From Anthoceros angustus (taxonomy: Eukaryota; Plantae; Anthocerotophyta): DNA of 64,000 bases. Both the position numbers and the translations under genes were made by a program. The stretch spans positions 79,810 to 143,809 of the forward strand of contig MU008204.1 in the NCBI GenBank assembly GCA_010909165.1, in the 5' to 3' direction. Every line of letters begins with the position of its first letter. Position 1 is the stretch's first letter. The notes below the pieces were generated by a model, which was given only the letters and a program-made list of their open reading frames with translations, was not told the DNA's origin and searched no databases. Shown piece by piece: positions 13,400 through 26,900 of this stretch.

Positions 13400-14316
13400 T
13401 CCCATGTTTCTTTCATGTGGGCCATCTGCTTAATTTGCACTTCTCGAGCAGTCAGTGCTTTGCCATAGCCTTGTTCTCCTTTATTTGGTCAATAACCTCT
13501 TGTTGGCTTGCTTCAAGGCTCTTCTCCAAATGTTCTACCTTGGCCTCTACTTCCATGGCTTCCACTTGCAGCTGTCTTTCCATTTGTCTGCTTGTTATTT
13601 CCCATACTTGGTTAATTCTCGCCCTTTCTCCATCTGCCCTCAAAGAGTTGGCCAACCTTTTGGCCTCTTCTACGTCCACTTTGCTGAGCATCTCACATAT
13701 GTCAAGCACCTCCTCTACGGGCCCCAAGTCCGTTCCTCCCTTCGCTGAACCCTTGGGCTCCTTACCTACTGGCGTAGGTGTCTTACCTACTGTCGTAGGT
13801 TGCTGACTTATATAAGTCAGCAACCTATGGGACTTCCGAGGGGGGGAGCATGCCATCATCGCGCCCATCGGTAAGCCATGACCTTTGCATGTTCGTGAGT
13901 GCTTGGTGAAAGAGGTCCTCAGGGGGATCCAAAGTTGTCGCCCGCACCAGCAACTGCCCTTGTTGTTTGTCTGTCAAATCTTCTATGCCTCCGGCAAACG
14001 GATCCATTGCTGCATTCTTTGCGGCCGCTGCTTGTTCAAGCTCCGCCACCGTTGCTGTGACGTCCAGCACCTCCGTGTCGACCACGGCATAAGGATGGTA
14101 GCCCGACAGTTGGACGACGCGGGTGACCTTGCTCCCAGACGCTCTGTTTCACTCTAGATGTTGCTTCCAGTCGCCTTTCGAGTCTGCTCCCTGCGCCCCT
14201 CTGCATCCATGACACAAGGCGAAAGTGAAGACGACACATGGCCGACATTGTTGGCGGTGCATTCTTTGGCTTACCGTATGTCAAGCGCGCGTGTTTTGGG
14301 GCCTGCTCTTTCAAGC
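10860..14316 (-). pseudogene. Frameshifted E/K/R-rich coiled-coil ORF, probably a relic of an older mobile element; target of the LTR insertion
   Basis: Fragments such as EITSRQMERQLQVEAMEVEAKVEHLEKSLEASQQEV and LLEKLAELEKKRAEAEDRHK; no splice structure; purine tract GGATGAGGAAAAGGG followed by TG near 10855. Confidence 0.5.
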
Positions 14317-14321
14317 CCCCT

Positions 14322-17300
14322 TGTGGCGCGACTTTGTCCGAGGCGCGCACAATCCGTGTCGCTAGTAGGAAGAAGTCCGCTCAAGGGAATGATAGGCTCC
14401 GTTGCGTTCGTGTGTGATTCTTACCTCACCTGCTCACCTCAACGCACATACGCCTATCACAACGTTCACCGTACAGCCCGAGATGGCTAAACGTTTAGGG
14501 ACCCGTTCGCGTCCGTATCGCTCACATTCGTACCACACTTCCGTCCTTTCCTCCTCCTCACGCTACACTCGGATTAGAAAGACGCTGGTTGCCCCGGACC
14601 TCCGGCTGCCCGCTGGCCTCTGGCCTCCGTCCGCAGAGACGCCTCCGGAGTTCCTCCGGCCACACGCTCAGTCGGCGGCCGGGTCGCGCTCGGCAGCACG
14701 GGTCACCCACCCTTCCCCGCACACACCACAACACGTTAGGTCCGCCACTGACCGATCAATCCCCGAGCCGCCGTGCTCGCTGACTCAGACTCACGTTAGC
14801 AAGAAGACACACAAAGGTCCGCAAGAACGCGCATCAACACCAAGAGAAAGATGATTTATCTGTGGCGCCTTAGCCCTCTTATACTACGGTCGGCGCCTTT
14901 ATTACACCTCTATTCGAGAGGGCCACTCGTGCCCTAACCACCGCCTACTATCCTCCCTATTCCGCCTATCGCGCCGGGGCTGGATGGCCCCGATTCCTTC
15001 TTGGCACCGGCCAAAACACCCTGCGCAATCGGATGATCGGCGGGCCTTCCTCTTCCAGGAATGCAGCCGGTGCGCCACGGCGGTGGCGGCGACAGCGATC
15101 ACCACAAGTCTTCCTCGTCCTCCCTCTTCTCTCTCCGGGCCCTGCGCGGTGGGCCCTCAAGGGATCTGCTGGGGTTGGTGTGGTGGCTCTCCCCACTCCC
15201 GGGTTTGGACCTCGGGACCACTCTGACTCGGTCAGGACCTCTAGGTCAGTCTTCCCTCAGGTCCGGTCTCCTGGCGGCCTTCTTTGAGTCCGGTCCTCGG
15301 GGTCGGGACTTGCCTCAGGTCGGTCTTGGACCCAACCCTTCCGGACCTCGGGGTCGGATCGTCACTGAGTCTGGATCCCTAAGTCGGACTTCCTTGACGG
15401 ACCTCGGGATCGGCCTTTCCTCAGTCAGGACAAAGTCAGGACCTCGAACTCTGGGCATGCCTCCTCCCCGGGCTAGTCACGGGTTCATCTGAGCCCTCCC
15501 TTGGTTCCCAATGCCCGGTTGCCCTTTCCCTTCCTCTCAAGATCCTCCCTCGTCCTTCCATGCGCGGGGGTCTTTACCTCGGTGTGGCGACCCTTCCTCC
15601 TCCGGTTCCTCCTGCTCTCCCCGCCTGCTGCTGCCGTCGTCAAGCAGTGCTCCTAGGACTCCGTGGTTGTCTGTCCCGGGTCCGTCCTCTCCTCCTCCTT
15701 TGTCCCTTCGGAGTCCACCCTCCTGCTGGGGTGGCGCGGGACCTCCGAGCCTTGAGGAGCTGCGTGGTAGTAAGCGGTCGGGTCGACTTCTGAATCGCCT
15801 CCTCTACATGAGCCGGGCACGGTACTCCCTCCTCCGAGGTGCTCCGTGGCGGATCGCGCCCTTTTGGCCCGTCTCGTAAGCTTACGGTATGGGGCGGGCG
15901 GACTCCCTTGAGGCCGTCAAGGCTGCCTCAGTTACCTCTTGCAACCTTGGCTGCGCTCGGCGTTCTCCTCCTCCGTCGTTGTTCCGGCTCGATTCACGGG
16001 CCATGGGTGAGCTCCTCCTTCCACCTGCCGGACGAGCAGCTGGCCTCTCCTCCGGTGCTTTCTTCCCTTCTATTCTTTCCGGAGGTCCCCACTTCCTTCT
16101 CAGGCGGGCGGTATCCCGTCAGGCTCGGCTCCACATCCCTGCAACCTTGCGGCGTCGAACTCCTTGCCCGCCTATTCTCCTCCGTCTTCAAGGCTGGGCG
16201 TTCTACCTCGCTCGAAGTCTTGGATTCTCTCGTTGAGAACCCCCTCTGCTCCGCATCTTGGGTTGCAACTCCAAGGTGTCCTTGTCCTCTCCTGTGCCCT
16301 GCCTCCCTGCGGGTCCCCAATCTCCCGGGTCTTGGCCTCCGATGCCTCCTCACGGCTCGGCCAGGTGCTCCACTTGCTCGGCCTTGAGTTGGCCGCGGCT
16401 CTCTCGGCCTCCCTCCACGGTTCGATCACGCCGATAGTGATCGCGATCGGCCTCAGCCTCCTTGGCCACCTTCACAGCCTCTCCGGCTTGGCTCTGGTCC
16501 GTCGGGCCGCCTCACGATCCCGGGTTCGCTGCCGGGCCTCCTCCTTCTGCTCGCCCTCTGCTGCGAGGTCCTCGCCCCGCTTGGGCCTCCTTGGCCCGCT
16601 TGTGTCCTCGGTGAAGGAATTTGGTCGCCTTGCGGATGGACGACCTCCCTCTCCGCCTCCGGCGTTTCCTTCCTTCAAAGCGAGGTTTCGCCTCCTGGGC
16701 CCTCCAGCCTGCTCACAGGCTCCCATCCTCCGGGTGGCCTCCACTTCTGGGTCTTCTCTCTCCCAGACCCAGGCATTCCATGGTGTAGCACTCGTGTTTC
16801 TTCCGGCGCCTGAGTGAGGCTCCCACAAAGTCCGTGGCGGGCCGGCATCTCCGCAGTCGTCAGGACCTCCACCATGATCGAGCAAGTCGGTGGTTCTCGG
16901 ACAATCGGGACCCTTAGGTCACAGTCTTGGTCGGAGCTTCCCCTCCTTGGCCCTTTTGGCGCGAGCTCCTTCTCGCCCTCACGGGCTCGGCGGAGGTGAT
17001 GGAGTCAGCACGCCCTTTGCCCCTTCACAGCCGGCGGGGCCGGCTGGATCGGCTGCGCGGTGTCCTCCTGCTCACAGGCGTCCTTCGCCCTCCTTCGCTT
17101 CCTCAGCTTCTTGCCACTCGGCGGGGAAGAATCTTGGCCCAGGGGGTGCGTTTGGTAAGTGGTCTTGCGTCTCTTGGCTCTCTCACAGTCGCGGGGCTCC
17201 TCGGTAGGATGGCGATGGCGGGGGCTGCTTTGGGTCGGGCCGCTTCTGCTTTGCTGGTTGGGGCACGGAAGGAGGAGGCGGGAATTTCTTCCCATACTTC

Positions 17301-18642
17301 CACAGGTGGTGAGGGGTCCGTTCAGGGCATGGAGTCAGGAATCCTCGATCGTCCTCCTCCGTCCGTTTGGTTTTCGGCGGCCTCCTCCCTCCGGCGCCCT
17401 TGCTCCACTTGGCGGGGCCTCAGGTCCTTTCGGGGCCGCTCAAGCTCTCCTTCCTTGAGGGGCTCAAATGCCCCATACATGGATCGGTATGGGGCGGCCA
17501 GATGGCGAGGCTTCGGTCTGAGCTTGCGAGCCTCACAGCTAAGCCGGGCGAAGATAATCCTTCCCGATCGCCCTCTTCCCCATTGCTAGCGTGCGGGAAC
17601 ACCAATAGATTATCACCAAGGTGATCCACCTTGGTGAGTAGGTTCGATGGACATGATGATGCCCGACTCGGTATCAGCGTGGATGTCACCGTTGGTGGTC
17701 GTTGCGTCGAGCCTTAGCACTGTGGCATCTATCTTCCCTTCGCCTTGAGGGGCTCGGCACCACTCCCCTCTTCCTCCTTGGGCGGTTGTAGGCGCCTCGG
17801 GACCTCAAGGTCCATCGCCTTGGGTCCTCGGAGGTTCTTGGACCGCACCTCCTTGTTGACCGCCCTTGGCATCTTCGGGCAAACTCCGGACAGTGGCTTT
17901 GTCAAATGTCGGACCATGGACACATCCAAATGCCACTCCTGCACCAATTCTCCCTTCCTGGGCAGGCCCAAAGTCCGGATAGCGCGGGTCACAATGTTGC
18001 GCTCCACAAGGTTCCATGGCTCCCAAACTTCCGCGGGCTTTTGGGTGCCATCGCCTTCTCCTCCCTTGGTTCTGTAGCCGCTTGGCCGAGGCTGGCAGCG
18101 TTGCGCCTTCCGCGCGTTCGCTGCTCACCTCAGCGGTGAGCCGCGCAGGCGTCAGTGTCCCGAGATACCGCCCGGCGGTTGCGGGCGCGAGATCGCGAGT
18201 CTCGGCTGCGCGGAAATGACCTTCTTCCGCGACCACGCCGGGAATGCCCAGGCGGGCGCCTCTTCCTGTCATGGCCGGAGGTGCATGGCTTCCTGCGCCT
18301 CTGCCGCGTGCAGCCTTACTCCGCGCGTACTCGGCCCCTCGCCCGCGGCGCGGCGTGAATACATATAACGGCCTCTCGGCAAGTTACGGTCTGACCCATG
18401 CATGCCGTCCTCCACTCGAGTCGTCACGTGGCGTCGCCTGTCCGTCCTCACTTCTAAGTTTTACTGGCGTACTTATCACAGTCACGGAGTGGGTCGGACT
18501 TATCCGTCTTATGCGCCATCGTAGGTCTAGTCGTTCCTCACTCGGTCCGGAGTGCTAGCAGGTGCTCCCCCTTTTTCGCCTCATTTTATCCTTCCACAAA
18601 AAAAACCCTACCTAATTTTAACCCCGAAGTCCGTAGTCCACA
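14322..18642 (-). repeat. LTR A (3' LTR), 4321 bp
   Basis: Starts TGTGGCGCGAC and ends GTAGTCCACA on +; colinear with LTRs B and C. Confidence 0.9.
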
Positions 18643-18659
18643 TACTCCCTTCTCACCGC
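18643..18659 (-). promoter_or_regulatory. Polypurine tract (second copy at 28255-28271)
   Basis: GCGGTGAGAAGGGAGTA immediately precedes the LTR TG on the minus strand. Confidence 0.8.
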
Positions 18660-18677
18660 ATGCCTCCGCCAACACTA

Positions 18678-21600
18678 AGCGTGGTACTTTTTCACCCGCC
18701 ATCCGTTCACCGGTGGGCGGTTCACCATCCCGGTGCGGACCCGGACCCATTGGGGATATGCACGACTTGGTAAGGCCCCATCCCATCCTGGAGTTTACAG
18801 GAAGTGCATATGTCGGTCGTAAAGGAGGCGGATCTCCCTCCTTCACATACTCCATTCTAAGGCGCTCATGCACTTGCGTTGATTACGATTGCATTTATTG
18901 CGCCTCTTCCGGTCCTCCGTATCTTTGCACAAACCCTAGCAACGCTCCGGTTGGCTCTCTTCATCCGTTAAGCGCCTTTCCATCATGACGGAGTGTTGGC
19001 ACCTCAAACTCGGCCGGCATAGGTGAGTGCCCGTCGAATGTCTGAGTTCGTTGCGTGGTTACCTTCTCTGCCGTTACGAGCGCGCCCTAGCGCGATGGCG
19101 CTTTGTATCGATCGTGCGCATAGTTAACGTCGGCTTATTGAGGATCGGCGGATAAGTCCATTGGTCTTCTCGTCGGTCGTTGGCCTTGGATTGTAGGGGC
19201 GTTTCACGATGTGTGATGCGAAATAGTCCGTCATTGCGGTTATCACATCATTGAGAAATGGGTTCCCCTATAAACTTACCGGTACAGCGGACACCCATAC
19301 CTTGTGATGATGTTTTCGTGAGGAATTTGGCCACCGTGCTCATGATCCGTTCGTAGCGGTTGACCCACACGTGCGGTGAGTCGTTGCCACCAAGATGTAC
19401 CGCTTACGTGTGTGCCTGGTGGTTGGGTATGGGTCCAAGTCGATGCCCCATTTCTCAAAAGGCGCTAGTGCTAGTATGGGCACTAACGGCCATTGAGTTG
19501 TGGCGTCGGCTTCCGATCCGTGACAAGCATCACACTTCTTCACAATTGGTGTGTTTCCCCATACATGGTGGGCCACGGTACCCGACCTCAAGATTTTCTT
19601 GGTGGTGACTGCTGCATAATGTCCACCACCTAGTCCTTGTGCATCCCCTTTATTACCACCTCCGTTTCTTTGTTGGAGTACCTTCCTCCTCGGCCCCTAA
19701 AGATGCACGTCTGGAAAGAGGCGGCGTAGTGCACAAAGGCTGGACCAGTTCGATTCGTTGGGTAGCTCCATCTCCCATAGTGCGTTCCAACTCCGCGTAA
19801 GAGGCCGCCCCCTGTCGCTCCCTTCTCGCCACGTGGGTCCATGTTCACCCGGCTTGGTTTGTCGGTGCTCCTCTACCTCCTCCTCTAGCGCCACCAATTC
19901 CTCATCCAGGAAGGCGTCCTCTTGATCCTGGGCGGGGCTCCGTCTTTAATCTGGATAAGAAGTCGGCGTGTTGCCTTGCCTAGTCTCCACCTCAAATGTG
20001 AACTCCTGGCAAAGAATCCACCTCGCAATTCGTCCAGGACAAGTCGCCTTGTTCACCAAATGCTTGGTAGTGATCAACATAGAACACAAACTCATTGGGC
20101 GGGAAGGTAGTGCGAATTTCTTAGCGTATACCATTCCAATGCCTCTCGCTCCGTAGTAGTGTACCTCGTTCGCGTCGTGGTGTCTTCCAGCGTAGTAGAT
20201 TGGGTGATCCCTCCGTTTATCATCTTTTGGTGAGCACTACCCAGGTGGCGGGCGGCATCCACGTACACATGGAATCGCTTCCCGGTCCGGTCCTTTGAGT
20301 CTTTGGGGCCGCGGCAGTGGTGCAGGTCTCTGAATCGCCTCCCTTTGGCGTCGGGTCCATTCCTCCTCCTTCTGAGTAGCTCTGTTGCGAGGCCCGCTTT
20401 GCAAAATCTTGTATGAAACGCCTATAGTAACCCACCATGCCCGGGAATCCCGTAACTCCTTCAAGTTCGTTGGTGGGCTGCGAGGCGGATGACTTTCACC
20501 TTGTCTTGGTCCACCTCTATCCCTCTTCTGACACTCGGTGCCCCAACAAGATTCCCTCATCATGCGAGTAGCACATTTCTCGGGATGCGAGCCATTGAGT
20601 CTCCTACATCGTTCCAAACACTTCCGAAATGTCCCGTGTTTGTCCTCCTCTCCGTGCACCAGTCGTCAGAACACCTCCATGAAGTCCTCAGAATTCTAAG
20701 ACATTGGTCACCATCCGCATAAATGATCCGGTGCTCTGTCATCCGAAGGCACTCCGTTTGTAGGCAAGCGTCCCCACTCCGTGGTGAATGTTGTCTTATC
20801 GGTCAGGCTCCCTTAGGTGTATGGCGGTTGTGGCCAGATGGCCGTCCGGAGTAGGTACTCCGGCTGCCACCTTGTCGATGTAGTCCACAAAGGGCATGGG
20901 AAATGGTCCTTTTGTGGCGTTAAGCTTTCTCCGATCTGAGACCGAATCGCCCTGCTTCTTGACACGACCACAATGGGCGCCACCCACTCCTTGTTCACGA
21001 TTGGGAAGATGATGTCGCTTCCGGATACTTATCCGGGACTTCCTTGACCTTGTGCTTGATTGATTTATCTTGCCTAATCCGAGCAGGCACCGCTCACGGC
21101 GAATCTATCCGGTGTTAGCCTTTGTTTGAATGCCTTTCATATCCGTGACCTTGAAAGCAAACACCTGAATTCCCCAACAACTGTGAGGTCTCGTTTAACC
21201 TCCGGCATGCCCTTGCGAATTTGAGAATTTCCACAGGCGAACCTCCACGTCTTCCACATCGTCGGGTTGGCCGTCTCCCTTTCTCTTCTTGCGCTCGTCA
21301 GCCGTCGTCCTCCATCCAGGGTTCATCTTCACGCATTCCCCACTCCGAAGAGCTCGTCCGTGAAAGGTTACTTCCTCGATTTCTACCTCGTCCTCTCTGG
21401 ACCCTCCTCTTGATTGCCTTCCCCGGCTCTTGTTCCATGAGTCCACCCTAAAACAATCGATGACCTCCTCGTCCACCTCGCTCCAAAGGCGTCCCTCCTT
21501 AATCCATCTCCTCCTCGACCACGTGATTTTGGGAAAGGGTAGTCCTCATTCGTATCCTCGCGTTCATCGTCCCCATGTCTTTGAGGTGTACCCTACGTGT

Positions 21601-23900
21601 GACGGTTTCTCCAGATCGTGTCCTTACTCAGTGTCGCTACGTCCTTCCCTCACCTTGGATCCCAGTCCGGCAGAAGTGTATTTCCTTGTCCAAGTGTAGT
21701 TTTGTCTGAGGCCCGGCCAAGGCCGCTAGCGGACCTCATACCCCAGGTCGGCGGGTCGATGACGACAAAATCTAATGTATAGGGGCTCCGCTATGGTGGC
21801 TTGGACTCGGACAACTCCCTGGCTCGCCGACATGTCGCCATCACGAGGGTTTTGGTGGATGGCTCGAAGGTGGTGAACCCCGGCCGTCTTGCGGTGGCCT
21901 CGGTGATGAGGTTCACTCGACCCGTGTCTAGGCACGTTTTAATTACACACACGCAATTTCCACTGCTGGCGCCCGAGTCCGTATGAGATCGACCCTTACC
22001 TCCACGTTCTTGCCCTTAGGACCAAGGAGTTCGTGGTTGCGTTTCCTGATGGCCTTAGGACTTCACAGCCGATACCGGGTTGTCCTTTAACAAGCGCCTG
22101 GGACACCAAGTGTTGTTGGTCCATCATCAAGTCGGCCACCTTGAAAGGGGGTGGTTCTCTGCTGCGTCGCGTTGCTCCTCCGCGTTTGGCCCTTTCTTGT
22201 GGTGGTGGCGGACTACCAGGTCTGTCGGAGTTCTTCTTGAAGCATCTCGGTCACTTCTCGAACCACATCCGGGAATCGCGGCCAGGTGAGTCCGCTCCCG
22301 AGACTCCTGTGGCTTTTGGGGTTTCTTCTCCTGCTGCTTTAACTCGCCTCTTTGGCGGGTTCGGCTTCCTTCGGGTGTTCCGTCCTCCGTGTCAGTGGGA
22401 CTATCATTTTTCTTCCTCTTATCTGTCTGTTCCGCTCCTTTCGGCGACTCGGGTTGACACTTCGGTACCTCAGTCCGCCTTCTTCTCCTTGGCGAACTTG
22501 CCCGTACCACCTCGTTCGAGCTCCTCGGTGCCTCCTCCCCTCCGTGCGTCTTCAATTTGTATACAGTAGCCTTAGGGAGGGCGTCGGTGGTCTTGGCTCC
22601 CCGGAGTTGCGTGGCGTACCGTCCTCGGCGAGGATTCGGACACGGTCTTGCGCATGTGCCCCCACAATCTCCACGCCGTTCAAAGTCTCGTTACCTTGCG
22701 GTGGGGTATGGGGGCGTTGGAGTAGTGTCCGGGTTCCCAGCCCAACACCACCGCTGCAAGAATTCGAGGTCCTCCCATTCGAGGTTGCATCGGAGGCGGT
22801 GTGGATGGACCTCCAGGGATACATCGTCTTGGTGTCCCGGGTGCTTCTTGCACTTGGTATGCATCCTCCCTTTGTTCCTCGGACTCTTCCCTCATAGTCG
22901 TACTCCACAGTTCACAGGCGGAGGGCTTGGCCTTGAATGCCCATGTTGGTGGACACCGCACACCATGATGAGTCGGACCGTGGTGGCCACCTTGCGTCGC
23001 TATCCTTTCACACGTTGATCGTCAACTCTTCCACCCTCTCTCTGATCTTCCTCGCCCACCTCTTTCAAAGGGGGTCGGACCTCGCGCCGGGCATCATGAC
23101 CTCCTTCTTTTCCACCCTCACCAGACTTCTTCTTGTTTTTTGGAGGTTCTTCCTCCATGACTTGGATTCTTCCCGTCCTCTTCCTCTTCCTCCGTGACCT
23201 CGGTCTCATCCTCCTCCTTCAGGGTTCTTCATCTTGATTCCACCCTCTTTTTTCTTCTTCCTTCCTGAGGAGTCCTCGGTCGTTGGTGCATCGATTCTTC
23301 ATAGTTTTCCGCGCCGCCTTGCTCACATCTTCTCTGCAAACAACGCATGTAGCCATTGGAGGTGGGCGGTGCGAACCCAGCACTTTGCATGGTAGTGTGG
23401 GTGGGGTGCCGTCCAGGAGCAGAACCGTTCGATGTGATCCCAACTTCTCCGTCTTCCCCTCTTTGGGTTCTCGAGTTTGGACAAGGCGTAGCCTTCTTGA
23501 TCGATTCGCGGAATCTTTCTGAAGGCATCCTTCAATCTTGAAGGTTGCGAGTGCGTTCGGGGTGGTCGGTATTTCCTGGTACCAGGGCCCCCCGAGGACC
23601 CTTGGAGCAGTGATTAGGCATCGACCTTCTCCGTTGAAGTTTGCGAGAAATCCTCACGAAGGTTTCGCATCCCTCCTTCTTACCCAAAGAGTAGGCTTGC
23701 TTGGTCGTTGTTGTTGCCATCGGAGGTGAGGAACCGCCCTCTTCGCCACCGCCTGCTGCTTCCTCCTCTCGATCCAAACAACTCCACCGCACACTGTTGT
23801 GGTCCTCGCCTCGAGCTCGTCGTCTCTCACGTACGCTCGGGCGCTCGGCGATCTGGCGTCCGACTCTCTAGCAATTCTTCCTTAACTACCTCCGTCCTCC
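18678..23900 (-). pseudogene. gag-pol, internal copy 1 (many frameshifts)
   Basis: Protease ITDSGAS (~21975); RT KDHFPMPF and EDFMEVF.DD (~20670-20900); RNase H TTEREALGMVYA and RIARWILCQEF; integrase PILALAPFEKWGID and ENIITRYGCP; C-terminal ...VKKYHA*. Confidence 0.9.
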
Positions 23901-23922
23901 ATCCGCAGCTCTGGGCGATTTC

Positions 23923-23941
23923 ATTCCCGACAGCGCCAAAA
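23923..23941 (-). promoter_or_regulatory. Primer-binding site, tRNA-Asp type (second copy at 33393-33412)
   Basis: TTTTGGCGCTGTCGGGAA and TTTTGCGCCGTTGCGGGAA directly after the LTR CA. Both approximate the Athila PBS TGGCGCCGTTGCCGGGGA. Confidence 0.8.
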
Positions 23942-26900
23942 TGTGGCGCGACTTTCGTGATAGCGGTAGCGCGCACAATCCGTGTCGTTGTAGGAAGAAG
24001 TCCGTTCCCAAAGGAATGATAGGCTCCGTTTGCGCGTTTGGTGATTCTTACCTCACTTCGTTCGGCCTCACGCACACATACGCCTAACTACCGCAACGCT
24101 CACCGTGCCCGATGGCCAAACGCTTGCCGCTGCCCCGATCGCTCACATTCGCCACCACACTTCCGCTCCTTTCCTCTCACCTCACGCTACACTCATCCTT
24201 AGAAAGACGCTGGAAACCCCGACCTCCTCCGCCTCCGGCCTCCGGCTCAGACGCCTCCCGAGTTCCTCCGCCACACGCCCAAATTGCTCGGCGCCGGGTC
24301 GCGGCTCGACGCAGCACGGGTCACCGCCACCCTTCCCTCGCACACACCACAACACGTTAGGTCCGGCCACCGTGACCTCGATCAATCTCCCGAGCCGCCG
24401 TGCTCGCCGCTGACTCAGACTCACGCTAGCAAGAAGACACACAAAGGTCCGCAAGAACGCATCAACACCAAGAGAAAGATGATTTATTCGTGCCTTAGCC
24501 CTCTTATACTACGCAAGGTCGCCTTTATTACACCTCTATTCTCGAAATGAGGCCACCAGTGCCCTAACCGCCTACTCCTCCCTATTCCGCCTATCGCCCG
24601 GTGGTGGGCTGGATGGCCCCATTCCTTCTTGGCAGGCGGCCCAAAGCGAGCCACACAGTGCGGCGCACCCAATCGGATGATCCGCGGGACCCCTTCCTCT
24701 TCCGGGGTCAGCCGGTGCGCCCGTGGCGGCACGGATCACCACAAGTCTTCCTCGTCCTCCCTCTTCTCTCTCTGGCGGGCCCTGCCGGTGGGCCCTCAAG
24801 TGGATCTGCGGGGTTTGGTGGTGGCTCTCCCCACTCCCAGTTTGGACCTCGGGACCTGTCTCGACTCGGTCCGGACCTCTAGGTCGGTCTTCCCTCAGGT
24901 CGGTCTCCAGGACCTTCTTCAGTCAGGTCCTCGGGGTGGGACTTGCCTCAGGTCGGTCTTGGACCCAACCCTTCCACAGGGTCGGACCTCGGGGTCGGAT
25001 CGTCACTGAGTGGATCCCTAAGTCGGACTTCCTTGGGCGGACCTCGGGATCGGCCTCAGTCGGACAAAGTCAGGACCTCGAACTCTGGGCATGCCTCCTC
25101 ACGGGCTAGTCAGGGTTCATCTCACAGCCCTCCTTGGTTCCCGAATGCCCGGTTGCACCCTTTCTTCCTCTCAAGATCCTCCCTCTTCCTTCCATGCGAG
25201 GTCTTGAGTGCTTACCTCCGGTGTGGCGACCTTCCTCCTCCGGTTCCTCCGCTCTCTCCCTCGCCCTGCTGTGTCATCAAGCTCCTAGGACTCCAGCGGT
25301 TGTCTTTGTCCCGGGTCCGTCCTCTCTCGCTCCTCCTTCCATCCTTGCAGAGTCCACCCTCACTGGGGTGGCGCGGGACCTCGAGCCTTGAGGGGCTCTG
25401 CGTGGTAGTAGTCGGTCGCGACTTTGAATCGCCTCCTCTACATGAGCCGGGCAGTACTCCCTCCTCCCGGTGCTCACGGCAGGCGGATCGCCCGGCTTCT
25501 GGCCGTCTGGACACTTGCTGTAGGCGGACTCCCTTGAGGCCGTCAAGGCTGCCTCAGTTACCTCTTGCAACCTTGCTGCTCGGCGTTCTCCTCCTCCGTC
25601 GTTGTTCCGGCTCACGTTCGGGCCATGGGTGAGCTCCTCCTTCCTGGCCGGACGAGCGCTGGCCTCTCCTCCGGTCTTTCTTCCTCGTCTATTCTTTCCG
25701 GTCCTCCACTTCCTTCTCGGGCGCAGATCCCGCCCGACTCGGCTTCCTCCACATCCCGCCGCAACCTTGCGACGCCGAACTCCTTGCACTGCCGCCATTC
25801 TCCTCCGTGCCGGAGCTGGAGGCGCCTCTCGTCAAGTCTTGGATTCTCTGCTGAGAACCCCCGCCTCGATGCATCTTGAGTTGCAACCCAAGGTGTCCTT
25901 GTCGCCTCCCCGCCGCCGCCTCTTCTACCTCCCGCACTGCACTCGAGGTCCCCAATCTCCCGTGGCCGGCCTCAGCCTCACGGCCGACCGTGCTTGCTCC
26001 GCCCACTCGGCCTTCGGGCTGGCTCCTCGCCTCCTCCACCGGCCCGATCACGCCGAGTGATCGCGATCGGCCTGCCGTGGCCTCCGCCTCCTGGCCACCT
26101 TCACCGAGCCTCCTTGGCTCGTCCGCCGCCTCCAGATCCCGCTGCCTGCGCCGGCCTCCGGCCTCCTTCCGCCTCCTCCTCGCAGAGGTCCTCCGCCCGC
26201 GCTTGGGCCTCCTGGCCCGCTCACTGCCTCCACTGAAGGAATTTGGTCCCTGCGGATGGACCACCTCCTCTCCGCCTCCCGCTTCCTTCCTCAATCCGCC
26301 GAGAGCTTCCGCCTTCCTTCTCGCCTCCGGGCCGCCTCTGCCTCGGAGGAGCACCATGCGCCCGGTGGCTTCCACCTCCGGCTTCTCGCCATCCCGATCC
26401 CTGCAGCATACCGCCCATGACGGTAGTGACCGCCGTGTTTCTTCCACGGCCGCCGTGAGGCTCCCACAAAGTCCGTGAGGAGGCATCTCACGGTCCGTCA
26501 AGGACCTCCATACCGCCGAGCAAGTCCGACCGGGTTCTCCGGACCTAATCAGACCCTTAGGTCCCGAGTGCCGAGCTTCCACCTCCTTGGCCCTTTTGGT
26601 CATGAGCCCTTTTCTCCGCTCTTTCCGGGCTCCGGAGGTGATGGAGTCCGGAGCACGCCTTTTGCCCTTCCTCCGGGCGACAGGACCGGCTCGATGCGCC
26701 GCTGTCCTCTCGCTCCCCGCGCCCTTTTCTCGCCTCTCATCGCTTCCTCCGCTTCGCCACCCGCAGGGAAGAGGTACTGCACCGACCGGGCCACAGCCGT
26801 GGTCTTGCGCTCGCTCTCCTCGGTCCGGCGGGCTCTCACCGAGTGATGGCCGGGGCTGGCCGGGCCGCCTCGGGCTGGATCGGGCCGCTGTTGGGGCACC

